Shown: piece by piece, positions 40,041 through 52,690 of the stretch
How the letters are laid out: every line of letters begins with the position of its first letter
Numbering within the stretch: position 1 is the stretch's first letter
Assembly: GCA_028534125.1 (NCBI GenBank)
Contig: CM052817.1
Coordinates: forward strand, 23,872,001 to 23,936,000
From: Lama glama
Taxonomy: Eukaryota
Length of the DNA stretch: 64,000 nucleotides
Direction of reading: 5' to 3'
Notes under the pieces: generated by a model
Database searches by the model: none
The model's input: only the letters and a program-made list of their open reading frames with translations
What the model was told of the DNA's origin: nothing
Made by a program: the position numbers and the translations under genes

Positions 40041-43000
40041 TATTTTTTTAAAAATAAGTTAGGCAGAACTTTCAGACACTTAAAACCATGTGCTTTTATA
40101 ACCACCAAAAAACTAAACTTTAAATATTCAATGTAAACACATGATTTCTTTACTTTATGGTTGCCAAGGTAAGAATTGACTAGAACTCACTTTCAGTAAT
40201 ATTATCAAAGATCACCTGAAATGAAATGATGCTCTTCTGAAAAGAAAGAAAATTTAGGTTTACTGAGCTCCAATTAAGGGGATCTGTGGCCAGGCCCAAT
40301 GTTACCTACTTTTCCAACTGATCCCATGGAGAAAGTCTTGCCCTTACACTTTTACGTGTGGGAAACAGAGGTTCTGAGACATTAAGTCACAGAGAGAATG
40401 AGTAATAGATGAACAATTCTAATTTCTGTCTGATTCCGAAATCCTCATTCACTTCTCTATAGCTAGACTGACTGAAGGAAATTAGCCATATTATTTTAAT
40501 AAATACTAAAACTAAGAATTTTTTTCCTCAAATTGCAAATAAAATATCAAAACTTTTATTCACTTGACACAGGCTTTACAAGTTATGTGTGATTTGAGAA
40601 ATGGGCAAAAAGACACACTTTATCAGAGATTTAAGAGTCAATGTTTAAATTCCACAAGGTGATTGATACACAATACCTTGGTCAGATAAAGACTTGTTAA
40701 GTTTCCACTACATTTGCTTTTCACTGAAAGGCTGGCCATAGGACAGCATTCCCAGGAGATCTGAGGCACTCGCACGCTTCTGTGCAGATGGGGAGTCGCT
40801 CCACTGTGGTAGCCTTGGAGACTCTGGGCACTAGCTGGAAAGTCAGCCTCTGACAAAGGTACCAACAGCAGAAGCTCTGATGTCCCACCAAGTCACAGGA
40901 CTGGCTTCTGAGTGCTCTCTCAACCACTGTTTGGGATTTAGCCTTTCTTTGGAGATTTGATCACTGGCTTTCAACCTGGACATGCAATTCACTGGCAGTT
41001 TCTCCCTCCAGGTCCTACAGCCCAACCTGCATCTTCCATAAAACAACCTCAACTTACCCTTCTATGTATCTCACAGACTTTAGGACATTCAGATATCACG
41101 ACACCTATACCCTTTAACTCCTTCTCGCCTGAAAAGTATTTCATCTAAAACCACCAGTTAAAATGGTACCCATTTTCCAACTGCTCTTTCTCCTCCCTAG
41201 AAGATCTTAGAAGAAATGTTTTCTCAACCTCTCTGTAACCTCATGATTCTGTACTTTGTGGACTCTTCTGTATCAATTACCATACTTTGTCTTTTGAGTG
41301 TATTTTTATTTGTATTTTTTTCTGCCCTAAGTGGAAGATACAAAAAAGACATGGAACACATCCTGCTCATCTTTATATTCTTTCATAAATTCTTAAATGT
41401 ATCATATATACAAACAGCTTCTGCTGTCCCAGGCTCACATGGCCACACAACGCTTCTCTATGGTTAAAAAAAATTGGTAATACTTTTTTTAAAAAAGAAT
41501 TTAACTGAGTAAGAAAGAAGTTCTAAATCATCTTGTCAAGTAAAATAGGAACTCCTCAAGATACAGTGCAGTTTTTGTAACATCTTTAGAAAACAGGCTA
41601 AAAAGTCGAAAGGGTTTCCGAGTTGCAGATACTCTTGGATATTCAATATGTGCTTTCCTAGAAGGGATGTGCCACAATCAACCATGTTCTCTTTCCTTTA
41701 CAGCGACTCACAGGATTTGTCCTGAGTTACATAGTCAAGAAATGCTGGCATAAATTCTATCCAGTCTTTCATATTTGCATCTACTCAGACTTGCTGAAGA
41801 GCTTGAGCTTTTTAGTTACATGTAGGAAAGGGGAGAATCTTGTTTTATTAATCTGCAAAACCCAGAGAATTCTCTAAAACAAGTATCATTTATTAAGTTT
41901 TATATCTGCCTGGCCTGTTTGAAACACTAACAACAGACCTGAGTTCAAAATTTTATCAAGTTTTTTCCATACAATTTTTTAAACCAATAGTATCAGGCTA
42001 TATTATAATTAGATCATTCTAACAGTTACATAAATTTTCATACTTTAAGCTCAATTGGAAATGTTTCCACATTTCTCTAGTTGCATGGTGTTAAAAATTA
42101 TTTTCTTACTAAATAGTGGGCAGTTTTTACATACTGTGCACTGATTCAGAACTGGCATTTCCATTTCAAAAGCAAACAGACACTCAGTCATGTGAAATAA
42201 ATCCAGATTATGAATCTGATTACTTTGTTTAATGTCACCCATGACTGAGGACAGTTTCAAACACTATTTGGAGAAAGATAAGAAGAATAACTGAGTATGG
42301 CTATTATTTGTTTTTAAACTCTGTTTTGACAATACTTGGACATGTCTTTAGGAGGGAAACAGAATTTCAATAAGGACCCTGAGAGTCCACTGCTCTGTTA
42401 ATATTTACCAGTGCTACCAACGGTACCTGCAGATTTCTAACCAGTACAGTGTTTAGAATTAGTTTTTATTACAAAATCCCTATAATTTTTTAAAAAACAA
42501 CCTGTTTTACAAAAATTTAAAGACAGTACTATGTCTAATGGCTAGGGTTATTTTGAACAAATTCATTCAAGAACAAACACTAAGAGCATCTACCACATGC
42601 CAGGCGACCTTTCAGCTGTTTAGGATGCTGTAGTAAACAAGAGCCAATAGACATGACTGTTCCATGGAGCAGATATAAAGTCAGTCAATCACCCAATGTG
42701 TGAGCTATGAGAAAAACAATTAAGGGAGTGTTGCAGTGATGGGGGAGAGGGGCAGTGATAATACTGAATTTGGAGTTCAGAGCCTCAATGCAAGAGGCTT
42801 TAGAGTAAGAACCTGAGGACGGTAAGGTACAAGTCATGTTGCTCTCCGGGTAAGAGGATTCAAGGCAGAAAGAACAAGTGCAGAGGTCCCCAAAGAGGGA
42901 CCCTGCTTCTTATGTCTAGATTTGATAGAACAATAAAGTAGCTTTACTGTTTTGTAATCAATCAGTTGTAATTTTCAATCTGGGGCCCAAGGGAGATGGA

Positions 43001-43044
43001 GGAAGCTGGTGTAAGATTTTAGCCAACCCTCTAATCTGTTTTAT

Positions 43045-43258
43045 GCTACTACAGCCCATCAGCCAAACCTGGCCCCTTAAATGTATTGATAAATAAAGTT
43101 TTATTAAAACACAGCCTTATTCATCAGTGCACATATTCTCTGTGGCTGTTTTCATGCTACAACTGCTGAGTTGCTGATCTCCTACAGACACCATAAGGCT
43201 GTACAGATCAAAGGATTTCATGTCTGACCCTTTGCAGAAAAAGTTTGCTAATACATTC
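43045..43258 (-). mobile_element. MER58A-like element, opposite orientation to the copy at 24 kb
   Basis: aaataaagttttattaaaacacagcc...tctgaccctttgcagaaaaagtttgc. Confidence 0.8.
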
Positions 43259-45133
43259 TCTGTGGAATTTAGAACGCGATCAAAAGCAGTGCTACCTGCA
43301 CCAAAGAGATGTACGACCGTGAATTAAACAAAGCTCAGCAATCTCTGCGTAAGGAATGGGTAGGCATCATGTTGTCTAATTACTAAGCATCTTAAACACT
43401 CTCACCATGGCCTACAGAGTCTCATTAGGGAAAGGAAAGATGCAGGTGCTACTTGTGCTCTAATAAATATGTGCTTCTGAGGCAGGTGCACATACTTCCT
43501 TCAAGTTGTAGTTAATAGAATCATAGAGAAGAGTTTTTAAATTTTTTGGTGATATAACAAGCTCCTTTGTTTACCTTCCCATCTGCATCCTGGTATCTTG
43601 GAAAGAGACTGTGAAGCCAGAAAATTCAATTATTTTCCCTCAAATGGAAAACTATAAATCTAGAAAACTTACAGCCTCTAACCTGAGGCAGGCTTAAAAT
43701 AGAAAGGATGGAAAGTCAGAGTTGTGATAAAGAGAGAGGGAAAATGTTCTAACTGTCCCAGGGGAGGCCAGTAATGGAGAAGGTTTCTCAGTAAGCCTGA
43801 AGCATAAACATACTAACCCTGTCGAGAGCGAGGTACCAAGAGAAATCACATAGGAAACCGCAGCTGCTGGGGGCTCTGTACCCAGAGTCTGTTCCGCCTT
43901 CCAGTGGTACTTTGCGAGAGCACTGGGACCTCCCTAAACATTTAAATCCTACAAAAACAAAACGTTTGAGACTATTCCAGCTCACTGTTTCATTCCACCA
44001 GTGTGTATATTCAGGGGTGACACATCCCTTTGCAATTTGACTATGCATTTACCAATAACACTGATGACTGATGAAAAGTAGACACAGCTGACTACTTTGT
44101 AGTCCTAATGAAACCAGAAAGCAGAAAGCAGAGAGACAAAATACGTGATACTAAGGAGAACTCTGGTTCAGTTTGCCAAAGGGACGCAATTCTATAAAGT
44201 ACTAACCATATAATTACTAACCACAAAAGTGTTGGGCTTTTTTTTTTCTTGATTTCTTACGAATATAATTCCTGCTCCCACTAGTCAACTGGTGCTTCTT
44301 CTGGTAATTTTTTTGCTAATAAAAAGTATTTTAGGTGAAAACAAGACTTCTAAAAATGATGCACCTTTTCTGGGGAAGAGTAGAGAAAACCAGCACCTTA
44401 CAGGGACTCATCACACCAACTACTTGAACATGAAAGATTTAATCCCCAAATAATTTAATAATTCATGGGAAACATTTCCAGTAAATATTTCAAAGGGACA
44501 TTCAAAATTCAGGATGCCAGAAAACAATTCTAATTAAATATAATGCCTCCCCAAAGACTTCTCAGTACTATAAAATGCTTAAGGACAGAAGTTTCTTTGT
44601 ACACATCTGAAGTGATAAATCTGTTTTAAAAGTATAATTTTCAAGGGACTCTGACCTTTTGTGCAACATTCAGAAATCAAAACAATATATCAATAACAGT
44701 GAAGGCTAAAATCTAACAATGACGTACTTTCCCCCAACTACAATAAGCCTTGTATTCCCAAACAGAGCACTGTTATAAGAGGAGCAAAAGCCAAACAGTG
44801 TGGGCTGAGTAATACTAACTCCATCTGTGTTGTTTTTCTTTGCTACAAATTGAGACACAGGATAGCGTATTTTGGTGTAAAGTTAGAAACTAATATTAAG
44901 GATCTAGATGTGAAATTGTAACTCTTGGTTTTAATTTGCTCTTTAGAACCTTAACCCAGCATTCCATGCAGCCACTGTGCATGTCCCTCACTGTCCTAAC
45001 AATGGCATTTGCAAAAGTGCATTGAAAATCCCTAAAAACTCTATCTGTATGTGTAGGAGGTGGGGAGGAGCAGCAGCAACCTAGCAGGCTTAGAAATGGA
45101 TACATTTGAATTTTTAAAAATATGCCACTTAAT

Positions 45134-45256
45134 AGAGTACATGCTTAGCATGCATAAGGTCCTGTGCTTAATCCCCAGTACCTCCTCTAAAAATAAAAAA
45201 ATAAAATAAAAACTTAATTACCTCCCCCTGAAAAAAATTGCCACAAAAAAAAAAAA
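45134..45256 (+). mobile_element. tRNA-Ala-derived SINE (camelid type), 5'-truncated, with A-tail
   Basis: tagagtacatgcttagcatgcataaggtcctgtgcttaatccccagtacctcc plus an A-rich tail containing aattacctcccc. Same family as the copy at 50016. Confidence 0.85.
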
Positions 45257-45270
45257 GAATAAATACATAC

Positions 45271-45624
45271 CCTTGGGGACAGAGTTTGTCGAGCCATCCT
45301 GATTTAACCTTCCTTGCAGATGAGCCGTAAAAACAGGCATAGGGAGATATCACATTTGAGGAAATGATTGATGAGTCAGTGTTTCCACTTGTTGAGCTTA
45401 GAGGATAACTGTGCCTATTAACAGGGTCCAAATTCGATGCTTTTTGAGTCCTAGATTTAGATGGCTTTGAGTTTTTTCTTCTTAAACTCTGAAAGCATTC
45501 TTCTACTGTTGAATAATCTGATTCTGAAGCAGAGTCTACAGGAAGTTTGCTTTTGTCCTCTCGAGGTATCCAAATATCTTCCACCTTGTCTTCACTTATA
45601 TTCTCCGTCCTGTTATCATATATG
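45271..45624 (-). CDS. ARAP2: ARAP2 exon 6 (354 nt): linker and first strand of PH1
   Basis: ctgtttag|C...CAAGG|gtatgt. Translates (S)IYDNRTENISEDKVEDIWIPRED...SPYACFYG...KVKSGWLDKLCPQG. Phases 2 to 2. Confidence 0.96.
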
Positions 45625-47080
45625 CTAAACAGAAAAGAATGGTGTTGGTATTTCCCAGCGCTGTATGTGACTTGAGCTGTCGGTTACTTTTGTTGTTTAT
45701 TAAACAATCGATCACAGAAATTTAAGGTCAGGAAAAATCTTAACGAGCTCAATTAACCCATCTGATAATTTTCAAAACTCTTCTTGACCAGAAAAATAGA
45801 AGTCTCTCATTATCCTAAGACATATTTGACTACTACTAGAACCAGTGTTTTTTTTCTTATGTATCATTTAATCTGATCTGTTTATTCTAGGGGTTGGTAC
45901 AGTGGTAGGATGGAGATGGCCATATTCTTTGCACGACAATTCAAACATCTTCACCCGCACCACTAAGCGGCCAGCCACTTAATAGGCAACATCATGAACA
46001 CTACCTGGTCTATTTGGAGACCTTATTTCCACGTGTTGCCCCTTCTCTGGCTCCCCAATGACTCCAAGGACCCTATGCTCCAGCATAACATGACGAAAAA
46101 AAGAGTACATCTGACACATGAGAGCTTTAGTATTATTTTGCAACACTGATGAGGAAGAACTGCCCCACATTGCTAATCAGAAAACAAGAAAGGGCCAGGG
46201 TACATTCAGAAGGTAAAAGCTGTGTAATATGTAACATTTACTGGAACACGGCGTCACTGGGTCTACGTATATAGATTTAAGGGATGACAAAATAGATTCG
46301 TTCAGCCGTGTATTAATGTATAATGAAAATCATTACAAAGAAGTTTTTGCTAATTCATGAAACAGATATGCCTATGCCTAGGTATCAGATTACATCCTTC
46401 TGGACACAGTGTTCTAAAAACCATGCTTCCTTAAAGAAGGATTTACCCTTGTCTCCTCCACATTTTGCATTGTAATAGCTTCATATCAAATGCTTACTGA
46501 AGATATTCTATTATTTAGTTTCAACTTAAAGAAATCCTCAACAGCATGAGCCATGGAAAAATAAGGGATAAAATAGAAGATAAATGTCAAGTAATGATGC
46601 AGTATGCCAAGTCTTAATACAGCTGAGGAAAAATAAAATTTAAGTTGCTGCCTTACGAATTCTGTTTAATTTCAGGTGTGATACAAATAACTAATTTTCA
46701 AGCTGCTCGTCAATGCTGAAGTTCTAATAAGAAGAATGTGTTACATTTGTAAAAAATCTGACATTTTGTGCACTGCCCCTTTCTTTTTCATATTAACATA
46801 ACCTCCCATTTTTAAGGTGCAATCGTGGTCATCACATGTTTGCCACTTTGGGGAGGAGAGTGTGGTTTCAACTAGGAAAAGACAAAAATAATCTGCTATA
46901 GGACATATGATCAGTTTACAGACTCTAAATTCAATTATTAAAATGAGTGCTGTGATAGAAAGAAGGGATTGGAACTTACTAATGTAAACTATTTTCTTAG
47001 AAATATAATGTGACCAAGAATTCAACATTGCATAATGTTTTATTCAAAAGAATCAATTACCATCAATCATGTCCTCGTAC

Positions 47081-47172
47081 CTTGATTTGACAAAAAATGA
47101 GTTTCTTTCAGTAGTTGTTTCCCTTTTGAGTGTTTCTTCATGAGTCCAAAATTCATTCCTTATAGATTTCTT
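47081..47172 (-). CDS. ARAP2: ARAP2 exon 5 (92 nt)
   Basis: tttaatag|AAG...CAAG|gtacga. Translates KKSIRNEFWTHEETLKRETTTERNSFFVKS. Phases 0 to 2. Confidence 0.9.
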
Positions 47173-47907
47173 CTATTAAAAAAAATATACTTTTTTAGGG
47201 TAGTAATATTCTACAAAGATCTACAATATCTGAGCTTAGTTTTATTAAATACATGTCTAATTGTTTAGGTCAATTTTCAATAAAAACAATTGGGGATACT
47301 GTATTAAATATAGCCTTTTGGTGTCCTTTTTCAATATTTTATTGAAATCATTAATAATATCATTTCAGCTAAGAAGCACAGAGATGATACTAAGAATAAA
47401 ATTTACTTTTACTTTCCCACTTACTTTTTGTCTTTCAACTTCTCTCTCATCATGATCAAGAAAAAAAAATATATCAAAATAGCACAAGTATTGGAGAGGA
47501 AAAACTTAGTAATAAGTTGAATAATTTACAGTTTCCAAAGATTGCAAAGAGTTACAAGTCTGTCTATATTTGGGTATAAGGCAAAGTAAAATCTAGGGGT
47601 TTTTGTTGATTTGCTTTTGCGTTTTATGGGGGTTTGTCTTTAAAAAAAAAAGTAACTTATCTTGTGGAAAATTTTGCAAACCCACCAACTTATACATCTG
47701 AAATCCAAACTGAAATGTGTTTTCATGATATATTTTTAAAGATATAAATTTACTATGATTTTATTGAACAGAATTTCACTGACTGGAAATTTCTTTCCTC
47801 AATATAACACATTCTTCAAACAGCTTAAAGGAAAATGAAGAGGCATATATAGGCATAAAAGCAAAGAACTGAATATGGAAAAAAAAATTAAAATGTATGG
47901 GACTAAC

Positions 47908-47984
47908 CTTGGAATTTTCTAGTCTCTGGAAGAGAAAGGTCTCTCCATAAGGTAAAATGAAAGATGAATTCTCCTCATTTGAAT
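47908..47984 (-). CDS. ARAP2: ARAP2 exon 4 (77 nt)
   Basis: cccccaaaaag|AT...AAG|gttagt. Translates (N)SNEENSSFILPYGETFLFQRLENSK. Phases 1 to 0. Confidence 0.92.
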
Positions 47985-49078
47985 CTTTTTGGGGGAATTA
48001 TAGGATGAGAATGGAAAGATGTGAATAATGTGAAATTTTGTTCAAAGAAAAAAAGCATGTGTTTAATTATTTTATAGCAATATGACAATTTAAAGCTTTA
48101 TTCTCTGAGTGTCCAAATATGCTAATTCTTAGCCCCAAACTAACTCTTACCATGGTTTTCTCACTCTCTACACCTCTCACCTCCCAGCTAAGACATATTA
48201 CTCACTGTTTCTCAAAGTCACATTTTTGATGTGTCAAAAATGTCCTAACCTCTAAGAGCCATGTTAACATAACTAAGCACATTGTGCACATACAGTGGAA
48301 ACTGTCATATCACATTTATAATGTTCGTCCCTAAATAAGAAGATAGTATTAACGGCAGAAAATTAATCTTAATTCTACTATAATTCCCAACAAATGACCA
48401 TTTAAAGCTCACTAGAATAATAGTCAGATGTTAATAGCACTCAAAATGCCAGAATCCACTTAATATAATCCCTCTGTTTCCATAACTACTAAAGCACCTG
48501 TAAATAAATCACTTCAAGAGAATTAGCACCATCCCTGAGCTACACCAATCTACAAGAAAGAACTCTCAACACTTGAATTTTCTGCCACGGCAAATTTTTT
48601 AAAGGTTCAGTAGCCAAATGTTTGTCATCTTATCATTGGGAAGAACATTCCTGGACTTGTACAAGCAGAATTTGCAGAAAGAACAGCCTCTGTCAATAAT
48701 CAACGGATCAGAGCCATGTAAGCCCTTTGCTGTTACCATGGCAAGATTACTTTCCATAAATCTACGCCCTGTAGCTCAGACTGTCAGAAACCACGTAATT
48801 TAGTTAAATGCCTTCAACTGTAGCTAATGATAAATGAAGGCTGTAGAAAAAACTCTTTTTCCATAGGCATGCACAGATTTTCAGGAGTCTCTGCATACAT
48901 TTCTGTCTTTCATTTACTCACCTTTGAAAGTCTGTAGTACTGTAAACCCTAGCAGACCGTTATTTCCAGTCCTCCCCACTCCTCCTTGGGGGGCTGCCCT
49001 CTTGATTGTGATTTTAACACATGTAAGACTATCAAAAAAGCACTAACTAATTTACAGACTTTAAATGCTGAGACTCAC

Positions 49079-49137
49079 TTTGCTGTGTCACAGATTTTCC
49101 AGTTGAGGTAGCAACATTTCTTCTCTCACGGAAATAG
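49079..49137 (-). CDS. ARAP2: ARAP2 exon 3 (59 nt)
   Basis: tttaag|C...CAAA|gtgagt. Translates (S)YFRERRNVATSTGKSVTQQ. Phases 2 to 1 fit the neighbouring exons. Confidence 0.93.
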
Positions 49138-49659
49138 CTTAAAGTAAAGGGAAAAAGAGGTAAGTTAAAATACATACATAAAAGCAGATGTTACCAGCTT
49201 GAATAAAGAATTAGAGACACATAGATTCTTTTGGGTAAAAAACACCCCAATATTCAAAAATAAGTTTAATTTTAATTAAATATAATGGCCAAATTCCATA
49301 AATGTGTTTTTCTAAATAGTCTTAAAGGAAGTGGTTTTACTGGATCCTACTAGTGTTTGTTCCTCACTTGTAATTTATAATTTATAATTCACAAAAGTAA
49401 ACGATCATATTTGCCCAAGAATTTGTATAGTTTTTTTTTTTTTGGTCATTAGGTTTGTAATATTGAGTCAAAAATTTGTCTGGCTCCATGAGCATAATTT
49501 GAAAATAAAACAAGACTTTTTCTCAAAGATCCTACAGCCTTGGGAGGGAGACACTACAGGTAATTAAGTAGAATACAACATAACAGCAGTGACAGAGAAA
49601 AACACTATGGAAACAGAGGGTAATGAATCTACTACTATATGAAAGAGTTCTATTTTTCT

Positions 49660-49700
49660 ATCTAAATGTAAGGATCAACAGTGTCCTTAACCTTTCTTTA

Positions 49701-49734
<34 letters not shown>

Positions 49735-52690
49735 GTATATATACACACATATATACATACACCCAAGTAACTATAAGAAAGAGTATTTTAAAAAGAATAG
49801 AAACCAACAAACTAGAATATGGACAAAATTTAAAAATCACTGTAACTAAAAGATGGTTCTTTGAAAAGAATGATAAAACTGATAAACCTCACGGAAGGGA
49901 AATAAGAGTGAGAGACAGAAGAGACAAATTGCCAATATCAGGACAAAGAGACAATGTCAAAACAATTTCTATGAACATTAAAGGGGCTGAATTACAGATG
50001 ATTAAGAAAAACCCTGGGGGGACAGAAATATCTCAGTGGTAGAGTGTACGCTTAGTGTGCAAGAGGTCCTGGGTTCAATCCCCAGTATCTCCACTAAAAA
50101 TTAAAACAAAATTTATTTTTAAAAATAAAGAAAAGAAAAACTTATGTCACATGTTATTTCAATAACTTAGATGAAGTGGAAAAATTCCTTTAGGTACAAA
50201 TTATCAAATATGATACAAGAATAAACAGAAAATCTTAAAATCCTATATCTATTAAAAAAATTCAATTTAGCAATTAATCACCTACCCATCCACAGAAGGC
50301 TCCAGGCCCAAATATTTCACTGATGAATCCTACCAAACATTTAAGAAAGAAATCATACCAATTCTACATAAATTTTTCAGATAATAGGGAAGGAGGGACC
50401 ACTTCCTAATTCATTCTGTAAGGCCAGTATTGATACACAACCAGTCAAAAATAAAACAATAGATAAATGTTAGACAAATATTCCTAATGAACTTGAGGTG
50501 CAAAAATCATTAACAAAATATTAGCAAGTCAAATCCAACAATATCTAAAAAGAATAATATATTATGACTAGGTGAGATTTACCCCAGGAAAGCAAAGTTG
50601 ATTTAATACAGAAAAAAATCAATGTAATTCACCAAATTAAGAAAATAAAGGAGAAAAATCACATTCTTATGAAAATAGATTCAGAAAAACCAATTGACAA
50701 AATTCAACATCCATTCATAACAAAACCTCTCAGCAAACTAGGAACAGAAAAATACCTCCTCAACCTAATAAAGGGCATTTATGAGAAACTAACATCATAA
50801 TTAACAATTAAAGACAATCATGTTGCCTAAGGCTGGAAGTAAGGCAAGTAAGTGGGATTCACAAATTTTATTCACCTTATTTCAGAGGTTGCAGTCAGTG
50901 CATTAAGACAAGTGAAAGAAATAAAAAGCATGCAGATTGGAAAGGAAGGTGTCTTATAAGAAGTCTGTATCTAATCAATACAAAATCCTAAAAAAAAAGT
51001 CTGCCAAAAAGCTTCTCAAACTATTAAGTCAACCTAGCAAGGTCCCAGGATAGGGAGAAATATATTTAAAAATTAAGTGTTTCTAAATACTAGCAATGAA
51101 CAACTGGAAAAATAGTTTGAAAGTACAACTTTTACAATAGCATACAGAAACATGAAATATAAATTTATAAAAATATGGACAAGATCTGCACACTGAAAAC
51201 TATAGAACATTGTCGAGAAAAAAAATTTTAAAGATCTAAATAAATAGATACTCCTTGTTCATGGATTAGAAGACTCAATACTGTTGAAATGTCAATTATC
51301 CACATATTGATATATAGTCAACATAATCCTAAACAAAATTTCAGTGGGCTTCTTTGGAGAAATTGATAAGGTGACTCTAAAATTTACATGCAAATACAAA
51401 CAACCTGGAATGGTCAGAATATTAAAAGAAGGACAAAATCGGAAGTTTTATACTTTATGAATAAGTACAATTAAATTAGCGTGGTATTGGTGAAAGTATA
51501 GACACGTAAATCAATGGAATCAAACAAAAAGTCTACATAAATGCCCACACATCTATGTTCCACTGATTTCTGAAAAAAGATGTCAAGGCAAGTCAGTGGG
51601 GGAAGGATAGCCTCTTCAGCAAGTGCTGCTGGAACAACTGGACAGCTCAATGCAAAAGAGACATGAGGATCAACCTACCTCATACCACACACAAAAATTA
51701 ACTTAAAATGCAGTTTAGGCCTAAATGTTCATACTAAAACTCTAAAAATTCTGGAAAACAATAGAAGAAAATCTTTGCAACCTTTCAGTATGCAAAGATT
51801 TCTTAAATAAGGTACAAAAACCAAAACCAAAACCAGAAAAAGAAAAAAGAAAAAGTTGGACCTTTATGGTGTTACATTTCTGACAAATGACCTGTTTCCA
51901 GAATTAAAAACAACAACAAAAAAACAAACAAAAACCCTTACAATCTAGTAACAGGAATAACTCAGTTTAAAAATGGACAAAAGTTTAAACAGACACCATA
52001 CAAGAGGATACACAAATGTGATACTAACCACATAGTCATTAGAATGGCTAAATTTAAGGTTATAAATACCAAGTGTTAGAGAGTATGCCGAGTAACTAGA
52101 ATGTTTAAATATTGCCAGCAGGAAGGTAAAAGGATACATCCACTTTGGAATACTGCTTGACATTTTCTGGTAAAGTGAATTTAAGCTCCCAGATATCCAA
52201 CTCGAGAAACTCAAAAGAATTGAAAACGTATGTATGCCCATAGACAAATTTTTTGTAGTCTTTCTTTATAGCATTTTACCCTCAATAATCAATAACTTCA
52301 AACAAACAAAATGTACATCAACAGGTGAATGACAAACAGAAGGTGGTATAGGGACTCAAGGGATTACTATCAAGCTTGGAGGAGGGGAAATAATAAACTA
52401 CTAAAAAGAAACAAACTAATACGAAACATAGTAATATGAATAAATCTCAAAATCATCACGCTGAGCAAAAAAAGCCAGGCACACAGAAGTACATCCTACA
52501 TGATTCTATAAGGGGTCTGAAAGAGGGATGGACTCTAAAAAGACACTGAGAAATTCTTAAGGGTGACAGAGCTGCTGTTTCTTGACTGTGGTGATGATTT
52601 TATAGGTTTACATATCTTTTAAAACTCATCAAATTATATGTTTTGAATTGGTACCGTTTATTATGCAAATATTATACTTCAAAATACTTA
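49660..52690 (+). mobile_element. Old LINE-1 (degenerate ORF2 through 3' UTR)
   Basis: Ordered L1 ORF2 landmarks (tggttctttgaaaag, ccaggcccaaatatttcactgatgaatcctaccaaacatttaag, ttgacaaaattcaacatccattcat, ttcatggattagaagactcaata) and an old-type 3' end (aaaactcatcaaatt...attatacttcaaaa). Confidence 0.9.
50016..50132 (+). mobile_element. tRNA-Ala-derived SINE nested in the L1
   Basis: A-box-like tatctcagtgg, B-box ggttcaatccc, an A-rich tail, and flanking direct repeat aagaaaaac (50004-50012 and 50133-50141). Confidence 0.9.

Noticed and set aside
48916..48945. Other GTGAGT donor look-alikes on the minus strand (about 4975, 7773, 10686, 11498, 48921, 62062)
   Set aside because: No convincing acceptor or start context. 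They show the background rate that tempers the hidden-exon findings.
49623..50042. 139-aa ORF
   Set aside because: A chance read-through of a (TA)n tract, decayed L1 ORF2 and the SINE head.
50016..50094. Possible tRNA-Ala gene
   Set aside because: Stems are disrupted by substitutions, and it has an A-rich tail, a target-site duplication and a sister copy. It is a SINE.
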